From an uncultured Spirochaetota bacterium (GTDB lineage: Bacteria > Spirochaetota > Spirochaetia > SZUA-6 > Fen-1364), in assembly GCA_963845535.1 (NCBI GenBank), contig CAWJSK010000012.1, forward strand, positions 576,001-640,000: a stretch of DNA of 64,000 nt, in the 5' to 3' direction. This document shows, piece after piece, positions 55,759 to 64,000 of this stretch. The first letter of the stretch is position 1; each line of letters begins with the position of its first letter. The notes beneath the pieces are model-generated. The model saw nothing but the letters and a program-made list of their open reading frames with translations. It was not told the DNA's origin and searched no databases. The translations under genes and the position numbers were made by a program.

Positions 55759-56709
55759 TCATTGGTAGTCGTCAAGAACGAAGTGCCGCGGCGCGATTGC
55801 AAGGTCCGCGTACTTCACCGTGTAGTTGAAAGAACCCTTCACGGAAATGTAGGGGCACTTCGTTTCCAGCGTGTCGTACAAGATCACGTGATGCCGGGTG
55901 CCCAGGGCATCGATCCAGATGGAATCCTCCTCCCCCCACTTCCACATGGGATTGTGGCCCACGAAGATGGGAATTTCAGGAGGGCATTCCAGGAGCTTGC
56001 GCGCCGCATCGAGGTCTTCCGGGCCATATTCCTTCATGCTGGGCGTGGACCGCGTCTCGTTCAGCCGGTTCCACGTGAGCTGCCAGACCAGGTTCTGGAA
56101 ATGCCGCACGTTCACCAGCTCCATCCTGGTCACCCCGCCCCGCGGCGGTCCTGCATGGACGGCCAGGAAGTGACGGTGGATCACGAACAGCGGGAGCCCG
56201 TCGAAGAAATCCTGCATGGCGCCGACGTACTGCTTTCCCCGGGCGGAGATGAGCGCGTCCCGGTACAGGAGTCCTTGTTGGATGCCCATCTTGGAGAGCT
56301 CCGGCTCGAACGAATCGTGGTTGCCGAGGAGATAGATGACGTTCTGCGGATAGTCGTTGATGAGACCGATGATGATGTCCATGGTCTCAATGGAGGACTC
56401 CATCTCATAAGCGAAACCGCTTCGGTCATTGTGAACGGCGTCCCCCAGGAACAGGATCACCGCCTTGTTCTGCTCCACTTTCTGAAGGTTCTTCTCGTGG
56501 TCGAGAATTGCGCGCAAGTTCTTGTGGTTTCCGTGGAGGTCCCCGATGATGATGAACTCCCGCTTCTCCCTTGCGGGGAACTCAATGAGCCCCCCCGGAC
56601 CGCCGTCCGAGGCGGGCGGGCGGAGAGCGCTGTCGAAAGCAAGGACATTGCGGACCGCGTCTCGCAGCCGCTTCAGATGATCCGCTTTGTGTGTGCTGGT
56701 TTTCGGCAA
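55759..56709 (-). CDS. PPP/calcineurin-like metallophosphoesterase (Ser/Thr phosphatase-like)
   Basis: IGDLHGN, LGDAVH, LGNHD, VHAG, GHNP; TTG start after GGAGAG is inferred. Confidence 0.85.
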   Translation of the reverse strand: MPKTSTHKADHLKRLRDAVRNVLAFDSALRPPASDGGPGGLIEFPAREKREFIIIGDLHGNHKNLRAILDHEKNLQKVEQNKAVILFLGDAVHNDRSGFAYEMESSIETMDIIIGLINDYPQNVIYLLGNHDSFEPELSKMGIQQGLLYRDALISARGKQYVGAMQDFFDGLPLFVIHRHFLAVHAGPPRGGVTRMELVNVRHFQNLVWQLTWNRLNETRSTPSMKEYGPEDLDAARKLLECPPEIPIFVGHNPMWKWGEEDSIWIDALGTRHHVILYDTLETKCPYISVKGSFNYTVKYADLAIAPRHFVLDDYQ

Positions 56710-56776
56710 AGGGCGCTCTCCAAGGATGATTGCCGCCTCGTTGGCGCCCCCATAGTGGTGAGGAATCCCAGGAATG

Positions 56777-57346
56777 TCAACGCTGCGCGCTGGAGGTGCG
56801 CTTCCACTTGATCCCGCATCCAAGGCTTGCCCGCTGTTCCCCGGGAACCGGCTTGCCTGCCAGGACCGCGTCCAGGGCCCGGCGGAGATCCGAGCCTGTC
56901 ACGGGAATGTTGTTTCCCGGCCTGCTCCCGTCCATCTGGCCGCGGTAGACGAGCTTCCGCTTCGCGTCATAGAGAAAGAAGTCAGGCGTGCACGCGGCTT
57001 TGTACGCTTTCGCGACTTCCTGGCTTTCGTCATAGAGATACGGGAAGGTGTACCCGATCTCCCGGGCCACCTTTGCCATGGCCTCGGGGCCGTCATCAGG
57101 GTGGCTCGAGATATCATTTGAGCTGATTCCGACCACGGCCACCCCTTTGTCCTGATACTCCTTGACAAGAGTCGCAAGCGGTTTCTGAACGTGTTTCACG
57201 TACGGGCAGTGGTTGCACATGAAAATCACAAGAAGCGCCGGCGCCTGGCTGAAGTCCTCCCGGGAGGCCGTCCCGCCGCGGCAGTCAGGAAGAGAAAAGG
57301 CGGGCGCAACCGTGCCCAGCGCGGTCATGGTGGACGTCACGGCCAT
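56777..57346 (-). CDS. thioredoxin-family (AhpC/TSA-like) protein
   Basis: FMCNHCPYV, AACTPDFF, YRGQMD, GCGIKW. Confidence 0.92.
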   Translation of the reverse strand: MAVTSTMTALGTVAPAFSLPDCRGGTASREDFSQAPALLVIFMCNHCPYVKHVQKPLATLVKEYQDKGVAVVGISSNDISSHPDDGPEAMAKVAREIGYTFPYLYDESQEVAKAYKAACTPDFFLYDAKRKLVYRGQMDGSRPGNNIPVTGSDLRRALDAVLAGKPVPGEQRASLGCGIKWKRTSSAQR

Positions 57347-57374
57347 AGGCGGTACTCCTTTCCCTCAAGGTTAC

Positions 57375-57713
57375 TCACGCCCCGACCAGCGCGTCCACCC
57401 GCGCCGCCATGATGAAGTCGTTCTCATGCAAGCCGTCGATTGCGTGGGTGAAAAAAGTGACCTTCAACCTCCCCCACGAGACAAGGAGATCAGGGTGATG
57501 CCCCTGGCTTTCAGCGATCTCCGCAATCCGGTTGGCCAACGCCATTGCCTGGCGGAAGTTCTTCAGTTTGATCTCGCGCTCCAGGTGGTGACCTTCCACG
57601 ACCTTCCATTCAGCGGAGATCTGCAGGCGCAGCTCTTCGATCCGGTCCTCCGCAAGGGGCGGGATGCCTCCCTTGCAAGGCACGCAATCCTGCCTGGCCA
57701 GCTCTCCGTTCAC
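57375..57713 (-). CDS. pterin-4-alpha-carbinolamine dehydratase
   Basis: CVPCKGG, GHHPDL, THAIDGLHENDFIMAA. Confidence 0.9.
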   Translation of the reverse strand: MNGELARQDCVPCKGGIPPLAEDRIEELRLQISAEWKVVEGHHLEREIKLKNFRQAMALANRIAEIAESQGHHPDLLVSWGRLKVTFFTHAIDGLHENDFIMAARVDALVGA

Positions 57714-57762
57714 ACGTACGCCTCCCACGCGTACGCCTCCCGCGCGTTCGCCAGCTCCCGGC

Positions 57763-59337
57763 TCACACGTACGCCTCCCGCGGAGCGCGTGCCGGCTGCG
57801 CGGGGGCCGCTGAGCGCGGGAGGCTGACGGTGAAAGTGCTGCCCGCGCCAAGACCCGACTCCACGCTGATGAGCCCTCCGTTCAGCTCCACGAGCTCCTT
57901 GCAGAGGATGAGCCCCATTCCGTTCCCCCGCTCCTGGTCCGTGCCGAGGCTGGAAAAATGAGCGTCGATACGGAACAACCTTGCAAGGTCTTCCGGGCCG
58001 ATCCCGATGCCGGTGTCCCGGACGATCAGTTTCTCCCATTCCCCATGGGCCTCTGCGGTGATCACGACTTCCCCGCCGCGGGCAGTGAACTTGACGGCGT
58101 TGGACAGGAGGTTGCGCAGGATGGTTGCCAGCATGTTCTCATCAGCAAAAGCAACAGCCTCCCCGTCCACGCAGCAGCGGATGGTGACGCCCTTGCTGCC
58201 GGCCGCGCTTGCGTGAAGGGTCGCAATGCCTTCCGCCAACTCGGAAAGCTTCACGAGCGCAGGTCTCACTTCCAGCCTGCCCGTCTGCGCGCGAGCCCAC
58301 TGGAGAATGGCTTCCAGCAGCTCCGCCCCGCTTCTGGCGCCGTCATGCACGAGGCTGCACAACTCCCGAATCCTGGCGGGGGATAGCTGCTCGAACTTCT
58401 TTGCCAGGACCTCGGAGAGGGACAGGATGCCGGTCATCGGGTTTCGCAGGTCATGCGCCAGGATGGAGAAAAACCTGTCCTTGGAGATGTTCGCCTTGCG
58501 CAGATCGCTTTCGCTTTTTTCCAGGCGCGTCTTGGACGCCTCCAGCTCGGTAATCAGCTTTATGCGTCTTCGAACCTCAGAGGCAAAGAGAGCCTGGTAA
58601 GCAAGGTAAAAGGACCCGATCTTGAGATAATGGCCGATCAAGTTCTGGTAGCCATACGCGCTCACGTAGAGCGTAAACACCAGCTCCGCCGCTATGTTGA
58701 GAGCGAAAGCGGCTGCAAGGAGGTTGCGCTCCTGCTGCCCGATGGATGAGCTTTTGCCGTACAGCAGAAGGATGGACGCCGTCAAAATGACGCAGATCAC
58801 GTATTCACTTGCTTTCTTGAAAGGCGTCACCCCCTGGCCCTCCACGAAGCACAGCGGGAAGTTGTTCCACCAGAATATCGACGCGATTGCGAATGCCGTT
58901 GCAGCGCCGAGTGCGACAAAGGCGAGCCAGTTCGGGGCAATTCGACGCAACCGGACAAGCAGGACGAAGGCAAGCGTGACGAGGGCCTGCAGCCCTCGAG
59001 CAGCCACCCAGAGCTCCGTGGCGTAGTCGGTGCCGGACGGCAGCACAGCCATGCCGCTGTAGGTCAGCGTATGCAGCAGGTCCAGGATGGCGACGAACAG
59101 GTATCCGATGCCCAGGAAGACAAAAGGCCGCGTGGCCAGGTAGCTGCGCGAGCTCCAGGAGAACAGGAAGAGGGTGCACGCTACAGCAATGCTGAACATC
59201 TCCGCGACGCTGTGGAAGAGCAGGTACCCGTAACGGCTGATGAGCCAGAGCGCCGCGCCCACGGCAACAACCAGGACGAGCCCGCGGGTCGCCGAACGCC
59301 AGGGATGAGCCACAGGAGCGACAGCAAAGGCGTCCAT
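57763..59337 (-). CDS. MASE3-domain membrane sensor histidine kinase
   Basis: YLLFHSVAEMFSI, DLLHTLTY-x-GM (MASE3); ILAHDLRNP, NLLSNAVKF, DTGIG. Confidence 0.9.
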   Translation of the reverse strand: MDAFAVAPVAHPWRSATRGLVLVVAVGAALWLISRYGYLLFHSVAEMFSIAVACTLFLFSWSSRSYLATRPFVFLGIGYLFVAILDLLHTLTYSGMAVLPSGTDYATELWVAARGLQALVTLAFVLLVRLRRIAPNWLAFVALGAATAFAIASIFWWNNFPLCFVEGQGVTPFKKASEYVICVILTASILLLYGKSSSIGQQERNLLAAAFALNIAAELVFTLYVSAYGYQNLIGHYLKIGSFYLAYQALFASEVRRRIKLITELEASKTRLEKSESDLRKANISKDRFFSILAHDLRNPMTGILSLSEVLAKKFEQLSPARIRELCSLVHDGARSGAELLEAILQWARAQTGRLEVRPALVKLSELAEGIATLHASAAGSKGVTIRCCVDGEAVAFADENMLATILRNLLSNAVKFTARGGEVVITAEAHGEWEKLIVRDTGIGIGPEDLARLFRIDAHFSSLGTDQERGNGMGLILCKELVELNGGLISVESGLGAGSTFTVSLPRSAAPAQPARAPREAYV

Positions 59338-59459
59338 GGCATCATTGTAGGCAGCGTTTGGCGTCCTGTAAAGATAAGAGATTCCGTACTTGGGGCGACC
59401 AGGGCCAGGCGGCCTGGGCCGGTTGACCAACGCAACGCGCGCGGCTAGCCTGGGAAGCA

Positions 59460-60533
59460 ATGCAAGAAACGCGGCATACGATGGTGCGCGGCGACGCCTC
59501 CGACATGTCGTTCCTCCCTGATTCCTCCGTTGCCTGCGTGGTCACGTCACCGCCGTATCCCATGATCGAGATGTGGGATGATCTTTTCTGTGCGCGCGAC
59601 CCGCGAATATCAGCGGCGCTGGATTCAGGGGATGGGCTTCGCGCGTTCGACTTGATGCACGGGGACCTTGACCGCGCGTGGCGCGAGGTCCATCGGGTGC
59701 TCATCGAAGGCGGATGGGCTTGCGTCAACATCGGCGACGCCACGCGGACGATCGACGGGCGCTTTCGGCTCTATCCGAACCACGCGCGGGTGCTCTCCGC
59801 GTGCGCCTCCCTGGGATTCGACATCCTTCCTGCCGTGCTGTGGCGCAAGCAGACCAATGCTCCCAACAAGTTCATGGGGTCCGGGATGCTGCCTGCCGGT
59901 GCTTACGTTACCCTCGAGCATGAATACATCCTGCTGATGCGAAAAGGGGCAAAGCGCGAGTTTTCCCGCCCCGAGGAGAAGGAGACGCGGAGGCAAAGCG
60001 CTTACTTCTGGGAGGAAAGAAACCGATGGTTCTCCGACACCTGGGACTTCAAGGGGACCCGTCAGGACATCCCGAGCCGGGAGCAGCCCCTTTTGTTCGA
60101 AACCGGTGAGCATTCACGTGACCGTAGCGCCGCGTTCCCTTTCGAGCTTCCTTACCGGCTCATCAACATGTACTCCGTGCGGGGTGACATAGTGCTGGAT
60201 CCCTTTGTCGGGACAGGGCGGACCATCCTGGCTGCCATGGCAAGCGGACGCCACAGCATGGGAGTGGACGTGGATGACAACCTCCTCCGTCAAGCGGCGG
60301 CGGAAGCTCGCGCGGCCGCGCCGTTTCTCAACGGTTTTCTCGAGGACAGGACGGCGGCTCACGCAAGGTTCGTCGATGATCGCACCAGCGGGGGCAAGGG
60401 AGCCCTTTCTCATGTCAACGGACCGCACGGGTTTCCCGTCATGACGGCCCAGGAGGAAGACTTGAGGCTGGAATACATTGACCGGGTGGAGGCCTGCGCC
60501 GACGGGTCCTTCCGCGTTTCTTATTGCGCCTGA
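59460..60533 (+). CDS. beta-class N4-cytosine/N6-adenine DNA methyltransferase
   Basis: VTSPPY precedes the SAM-binding motif VLDPFVGTG. Confidence 0.9.
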   Translation: MQETRHTMVRGDASDMSFLPDSSVACVVTSPPYPMIEMWDDLFCARDPRISAALDSGDGLRAFDLMHGDLDRAWREVHRVLIEGGWACVNIGDATRTIDGRFRLYPNHARVLSACASLGFDILPAVLWRKQTNAPNKFMGSGMLPAGAYVTLEHEYILLMRKGAKREFSRPEEKETRRQSAYFWEERNRWFSDTWDFKGTRQDIPSREQPLLFETGEHSRDRSAAFPFELPYRLINMYSVRGDIVLDPFVGTGRTILAAMASGRHSMGVDVDDNLLRQAAAEARAAAPFLNGFLEDRTAAHARFVDDRTSGGKGALSHVNGPHGFPVMTAQEEDLRLEYIDRVEACADGSFRVSYCA

Positions 60534-61393
60534 CCGATGACGCGCAGGAACTCCCGGGGGGTCTCCTGGTGAGGGAGATGCCCGGCTTCCGGGATGACGG
60601 CAAGCTTTGCCCCGGGATGGCGTCGGGAGGTCCTTTCTCCCGTCTCTACCGGCACGATGTGGTCCCGCCCGCCCCAGACGTACAGCGTCGGAATGGGGAG
60701 CGCCCTCGCCCTCCGCGTGAGAAGCCTTCCTTTCAGGATAAGCCAGCCGACAAAGCTCCTGAGGATGGAAAAATACGCGCGCATCTGGCTGCGGCTTGCC
60801 ACCCGTTCTGCGACCCTTTCCCGCAGGAACTCCCGTTCTTCCGCGGGAAGAGCGTCGAGGTCCGCGTAATACGGCCGTAGCGAGCCATACGCGGCGTCGA
60901 GGTCTCCGGCAAGCCTCCTGTACCTGCTTTCCCCGAGTCCGGGCAGGAGCCCAAGCAGCATGCCCGCATCCAGACGAGCCCCATCGAGGAGCCCGCCATC
61001 CACGAGGATGAGGCGCGAAACCATTTCAGGATGCGCAAGGGCAATCCCCTCGGCAAGGGTCGCGCCAAGGGAGCTCCCCACGAGGGTCACGGGTGCCATG
61101 CCAAGGTGCCGCACCAGCTCCGTGAGCACAGCAATCAGATAGGAGGGAGCAAGGCGGCCACGCGGAGGCATCGGGCTCCTCCCAAATCCGGGGAGGTCGG
61201 GAGCAACGACGTGATGTCTCTCGGCGAGAGCATGGATGACGCGGCGCCATGTGTCAGCCTCATCACCGAGCCCGTGCACGAGGAGCATGCCCGGCGCACC
61301 AGGAGCGCCAGCTTCATAAAGGAAGACCGTGTTGCCTGAAGCGGGCAGGGTCACGCTGCGGGCAAGGGGGCCGAGCTTCGGGGGAACTCGCAT
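60521..61393 (-). CDS. alpha/beta hydrolase
   Basis: LVHGLG, PDLPGFG, GSSLG nucleophile elbow, D...AGH. Confidence 0.9.
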   Translation of the reverse strand: MRVPPKLGPLARSVTLPASGNTVFLYEAGAPGAPGMLLVHGLGDEADTWRRVIHALAERHHVVAPDLPGFGRSPMPPRGRLAPSYLIAVLTELVRHLGMAPVTLVGSSLGATLAEGIALAHPEMVSRLILVDGGLLDGARLDAGMLLGLLPGLGESRYRRLAGDLDAAYGSLRPYYADLDALPAEEREFLRERVAERVASRSQMRAYFSILRSFVGWLILKGRLLTRRARALPIPTLYVWGGRDHIVPVETGERTSRRHPGAKLAVIPEAGHLPHQETPREFLRVIGQAQ

Positions 61394-61513
61394 GCGAGGC
61401 ACGATAGGCGTTCGACGGATCAGAATCAAGTGCGCCGAAACTGTGCACCGACACGCACAGCACTAAACCGGGTTAAGCAACACTTTTTTGCGCTTTTGTG
61501 GTATCTTTCATTC

Positions 61514-61927
61514 ATGAGGAAGAATGAGCTCAAAACAGAGGAACACTGCCAGGCGGAGACCCTCCGGCTGCTGGCTGACTATACCACATTGCGCATCATC
61601 GACTTTCTGCGCTCTTCGGAGCTTCGCTTCACGGAGCTGCAGCGAGCCTTGGGAGACACCAACTCGGTGACCCTGACGAAGCGGTTGAAGACGTTGGAGA
61701 CCGCGGGGATCCTGGAACGCCGGGAGGCGACCTTCGACCGGCAATCAGTAACCTATTCCCTGAGTCCTTTGGGCCAGGGTCTCCTGCCCGTGCTGCGTGA
61801 GATACAGGCATTCACGCACCGGCTGCACGCCGTCCTCAGTGCGCCCGCGGGGCATGGCACCCCTGTCGCAGCGCCGCGCGCTACGGGACCCCGCGTCAGT
61901 CCGCGAGCCGCTCCGAGACTCTCCTAA
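61514..61927 (+). CDS. HxlR-family transcriptional regulator
   Basis: RFTELQRAL...LTKRLKTLE-x-x-G...YSLS-x-x-G. Confidence 0.85.
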   Translation: MRKNELKTEEHCQAETLRLLADYTTLRIIDFLRSSELRFTELQRALGDTNSVTLTKRLKTLETAGILERREATFDRQSVTYSLSPLGQGLLPVLREIQAFTHRLHAVLSAPAGHGTPVAAPRATGPRVSPRAAPRLS

Positions 61928-61966
61928 ACTCCGCCATTATGCGGGCCGACCTTGACGAGAGTATCG

Positions 61967-64000
61967 CTACCTCACGACGAGCACCTTGCGGATCTCGTCA
62001 AAGCCCGGACCCACCACTCTGATGAAGTAGATCCCGCGAGCCACGGCGCGTCCGCCGCGGTTCTTCCCGTCCCAGGAGGTCGTGTACTCTCCCGAGCTCT
62101 GCGATCCGCGCTGGAGGACATTCACGATACTCCCGCTGAGATCGAATACAGTGATCGTCACGGGGCCAGGCGCGCTCACCGTATAGTGCACGTACGCCGT
62201 GTCGCCGTTTGCCGGGCGGATGACGTTGTTCGTTATGGTGACGCCGCCGCGCTGCTGGACAATGGCGTGGAGCATGTATTCGAAAGGCCGGGCGGCGGCG
62301 GGATTCGATGGCTCGGCGAGAAGAACGCAAGGTAGAACGTGAGGAGATGGCAGCGCGTTGTCGCTGAGGAGAAACACGAACTGGAACAGCGCCCCATCTT
62401 TGATTGCCGCGTTGTTCGGCTGAATGATGAAATCGCGAAGCGCTCCGTTTGCTGCGGATGAAGGGACTGAGGTCGCCTGCAGGTCGGCAGGGTAATGCGC
62501 GCTGATCACCGCCGCCAGATTTCCCAGGGACCATAAGAGTTGTGGCCCCAGGCGGGATCCAGAGGTTGTTGAAGTCATTCGCTGCAGGCGGGTTGATGTC
62601 CCAGAACAAAGTGACGGTTGCCGTGGACAAACTTGGCGGTATGATCTTCGCCTCCAGGAAGACGTTCTGAGGCGGCAGCCACTGCGAGCCGTCGAAATTG
62701 GTCACCATGCCAATGCCGCCTCGTGCCGGATCACGCGTTATGTTCTGGTCCTCGGCAAGCACCGGGGCGACAAACCCTATGCCCACATCGGAGATATTGT
62801 GAGCGGGCGCGGTAGGGCCGGGAGCAGAGCTCACCGCGAGCATTGCCCTCCCGCTGAATGGGGCCACGGCGGAAACGCTGGGAGGAAGGTTCCCGTCGAG
62901 GTTCGTATTCGCGTACGCGCCGGGGTTGCCAGAAGAATGAGTCTGTGACGCCGCCGCGGCATTGGACGGGTAGTTGAACGTGGTCGGATATGGCTGCTGG
63001 CTCCAGATCTGTCCCGTGCCGGCAACGGTTGCCGCGCTGATCGTCTGACCTCCCGGCTGGAGAAGATCAGCTACACCCAGGGCAGCGGGAAGAGTCACAA
63101 GCGCGCCGTGAGCCCCTTTGCCGCTCGTCTCAGCAAGCTGCACCGTCAGCGCGCCTGCCACGGAATACGACAGGTTCGCGCCTGCAATCGACGTGGTCTC
63201 CATGTCGTCTCCATACACCGGCTCGGAGAAGTGCACGTAGGCCTGGGTACTGCCCAGAGCGGCAACCGTGTAGGTGATGACTGGGCGAGCCCCGCTTGCG
63301 GCAACATACAGCTTTGTGCTCCCTGACGTGTTGTGCGCCACCAGGGCGCCTCCGACCATGCTGCCGAGGGTGGTGTTTGCCGTCACCTGCCACGTAGGCG
63401 TGGCGTTCGTGTCTTCCTGCGTCCCCTCCTGCAGGAGAATGTCGAAAACGTCCGTGTTCGCTCCGACAGACGCATAACCCTGGACACTGTAACCTTGCAC
63501 CTGGACCTGCAGCCCGCCGAAGCTGTCATTCAGCGGCGTGCCCTGAACCTGTACGCGTATCCGGTCAATCCTCCCGTTGTTGTTCGTATCCAGCGTCCAG
63601 CTCGCAACAATGGGAATCGAGAAAACCCAGTTGTAGTTGCTGCCGCCATCGTTCACGTTCGCGCCGGGAATAATGGGGTTCGTTGCCCAGCTCCACGAAA
63701 CATTCACGTTGTTGACATTCGGCGCCAGGCCGTTATTCGTAATGACCCACTGCCCCTGCAAGTTCGGCGGAGGGGCTCCATTGGCCGTTGCAATCGGATT
63801 ATCGGTGGTAAGCGTGATCAGAGAGGAGCCGCTCCCCAGCACCGTGAAGCTCCCTCCGGCATTGATGGTCTGCGTCATCAGGTGCTGGAACTGGATGGTC
63901 TTGCCGGCTGCGCTGGCCGCCGTGACGGTGAAGTCATACCAGCTGTTGTTTCCCATAATCGTCAGCGCTGCCGGCATCTGCAGGGTGAAAGAAACTGTCC
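61967..64000 (-). CDS. large surface protein with C-terminal FlgD-Ig domain, partial, frameshift near 62540
   Basis: Beta-rich N/G/T/S sequence, DTNNNGRID motif; C-terminal NNVIRP...WDGKNRGGRAVARGIYFIRV...EIRKVLVVR lies in another frame; open to the window end. Confidence 0.8.

Overview
High-GC bacterial window. Spirochaetota is the likely source, inferred from CheX/ComFB in the chemosensory operon and a large surface protein with a C-terminal FlgD-Ig domain. Left to right it contains: (1) housekeeping genes (class-III aminotransferase, EamA, msrB, RluA); (2) an ~18 kb divergent, GntR-controlled catabolic cluster for an unknown sugar/polyol, with an embedded aldehyde:ferredoxin oxidoreductase/MoaD pair; (3) a mercury-methylation locus (Cys-rich MarR, hgcA, hgcB) facing a broken arsC; (4) an ~19 kb sigma54-driven chemosensory/second-messenger operon with a CheA-CheC fusion, CheX, ComFB, HD-GYP, a HEAT-repeat adenylate cyclase and three kinases; (5) an ISL3 element inserted into a RelE/HigB-like toxin gene; (6) an unrecognised array of five tandem paralogous genes, flanked by a divergent LysM membrane protein and a convergent HipA/PI3K-like kinase plus PPP phosphatase, which is the best candidate for an undescribed system; (7) miscellaneous genes. 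Several single-base frameshifts suggest residual long-read indel errors. No rRNA, tRNA or CRISPR array was seen.
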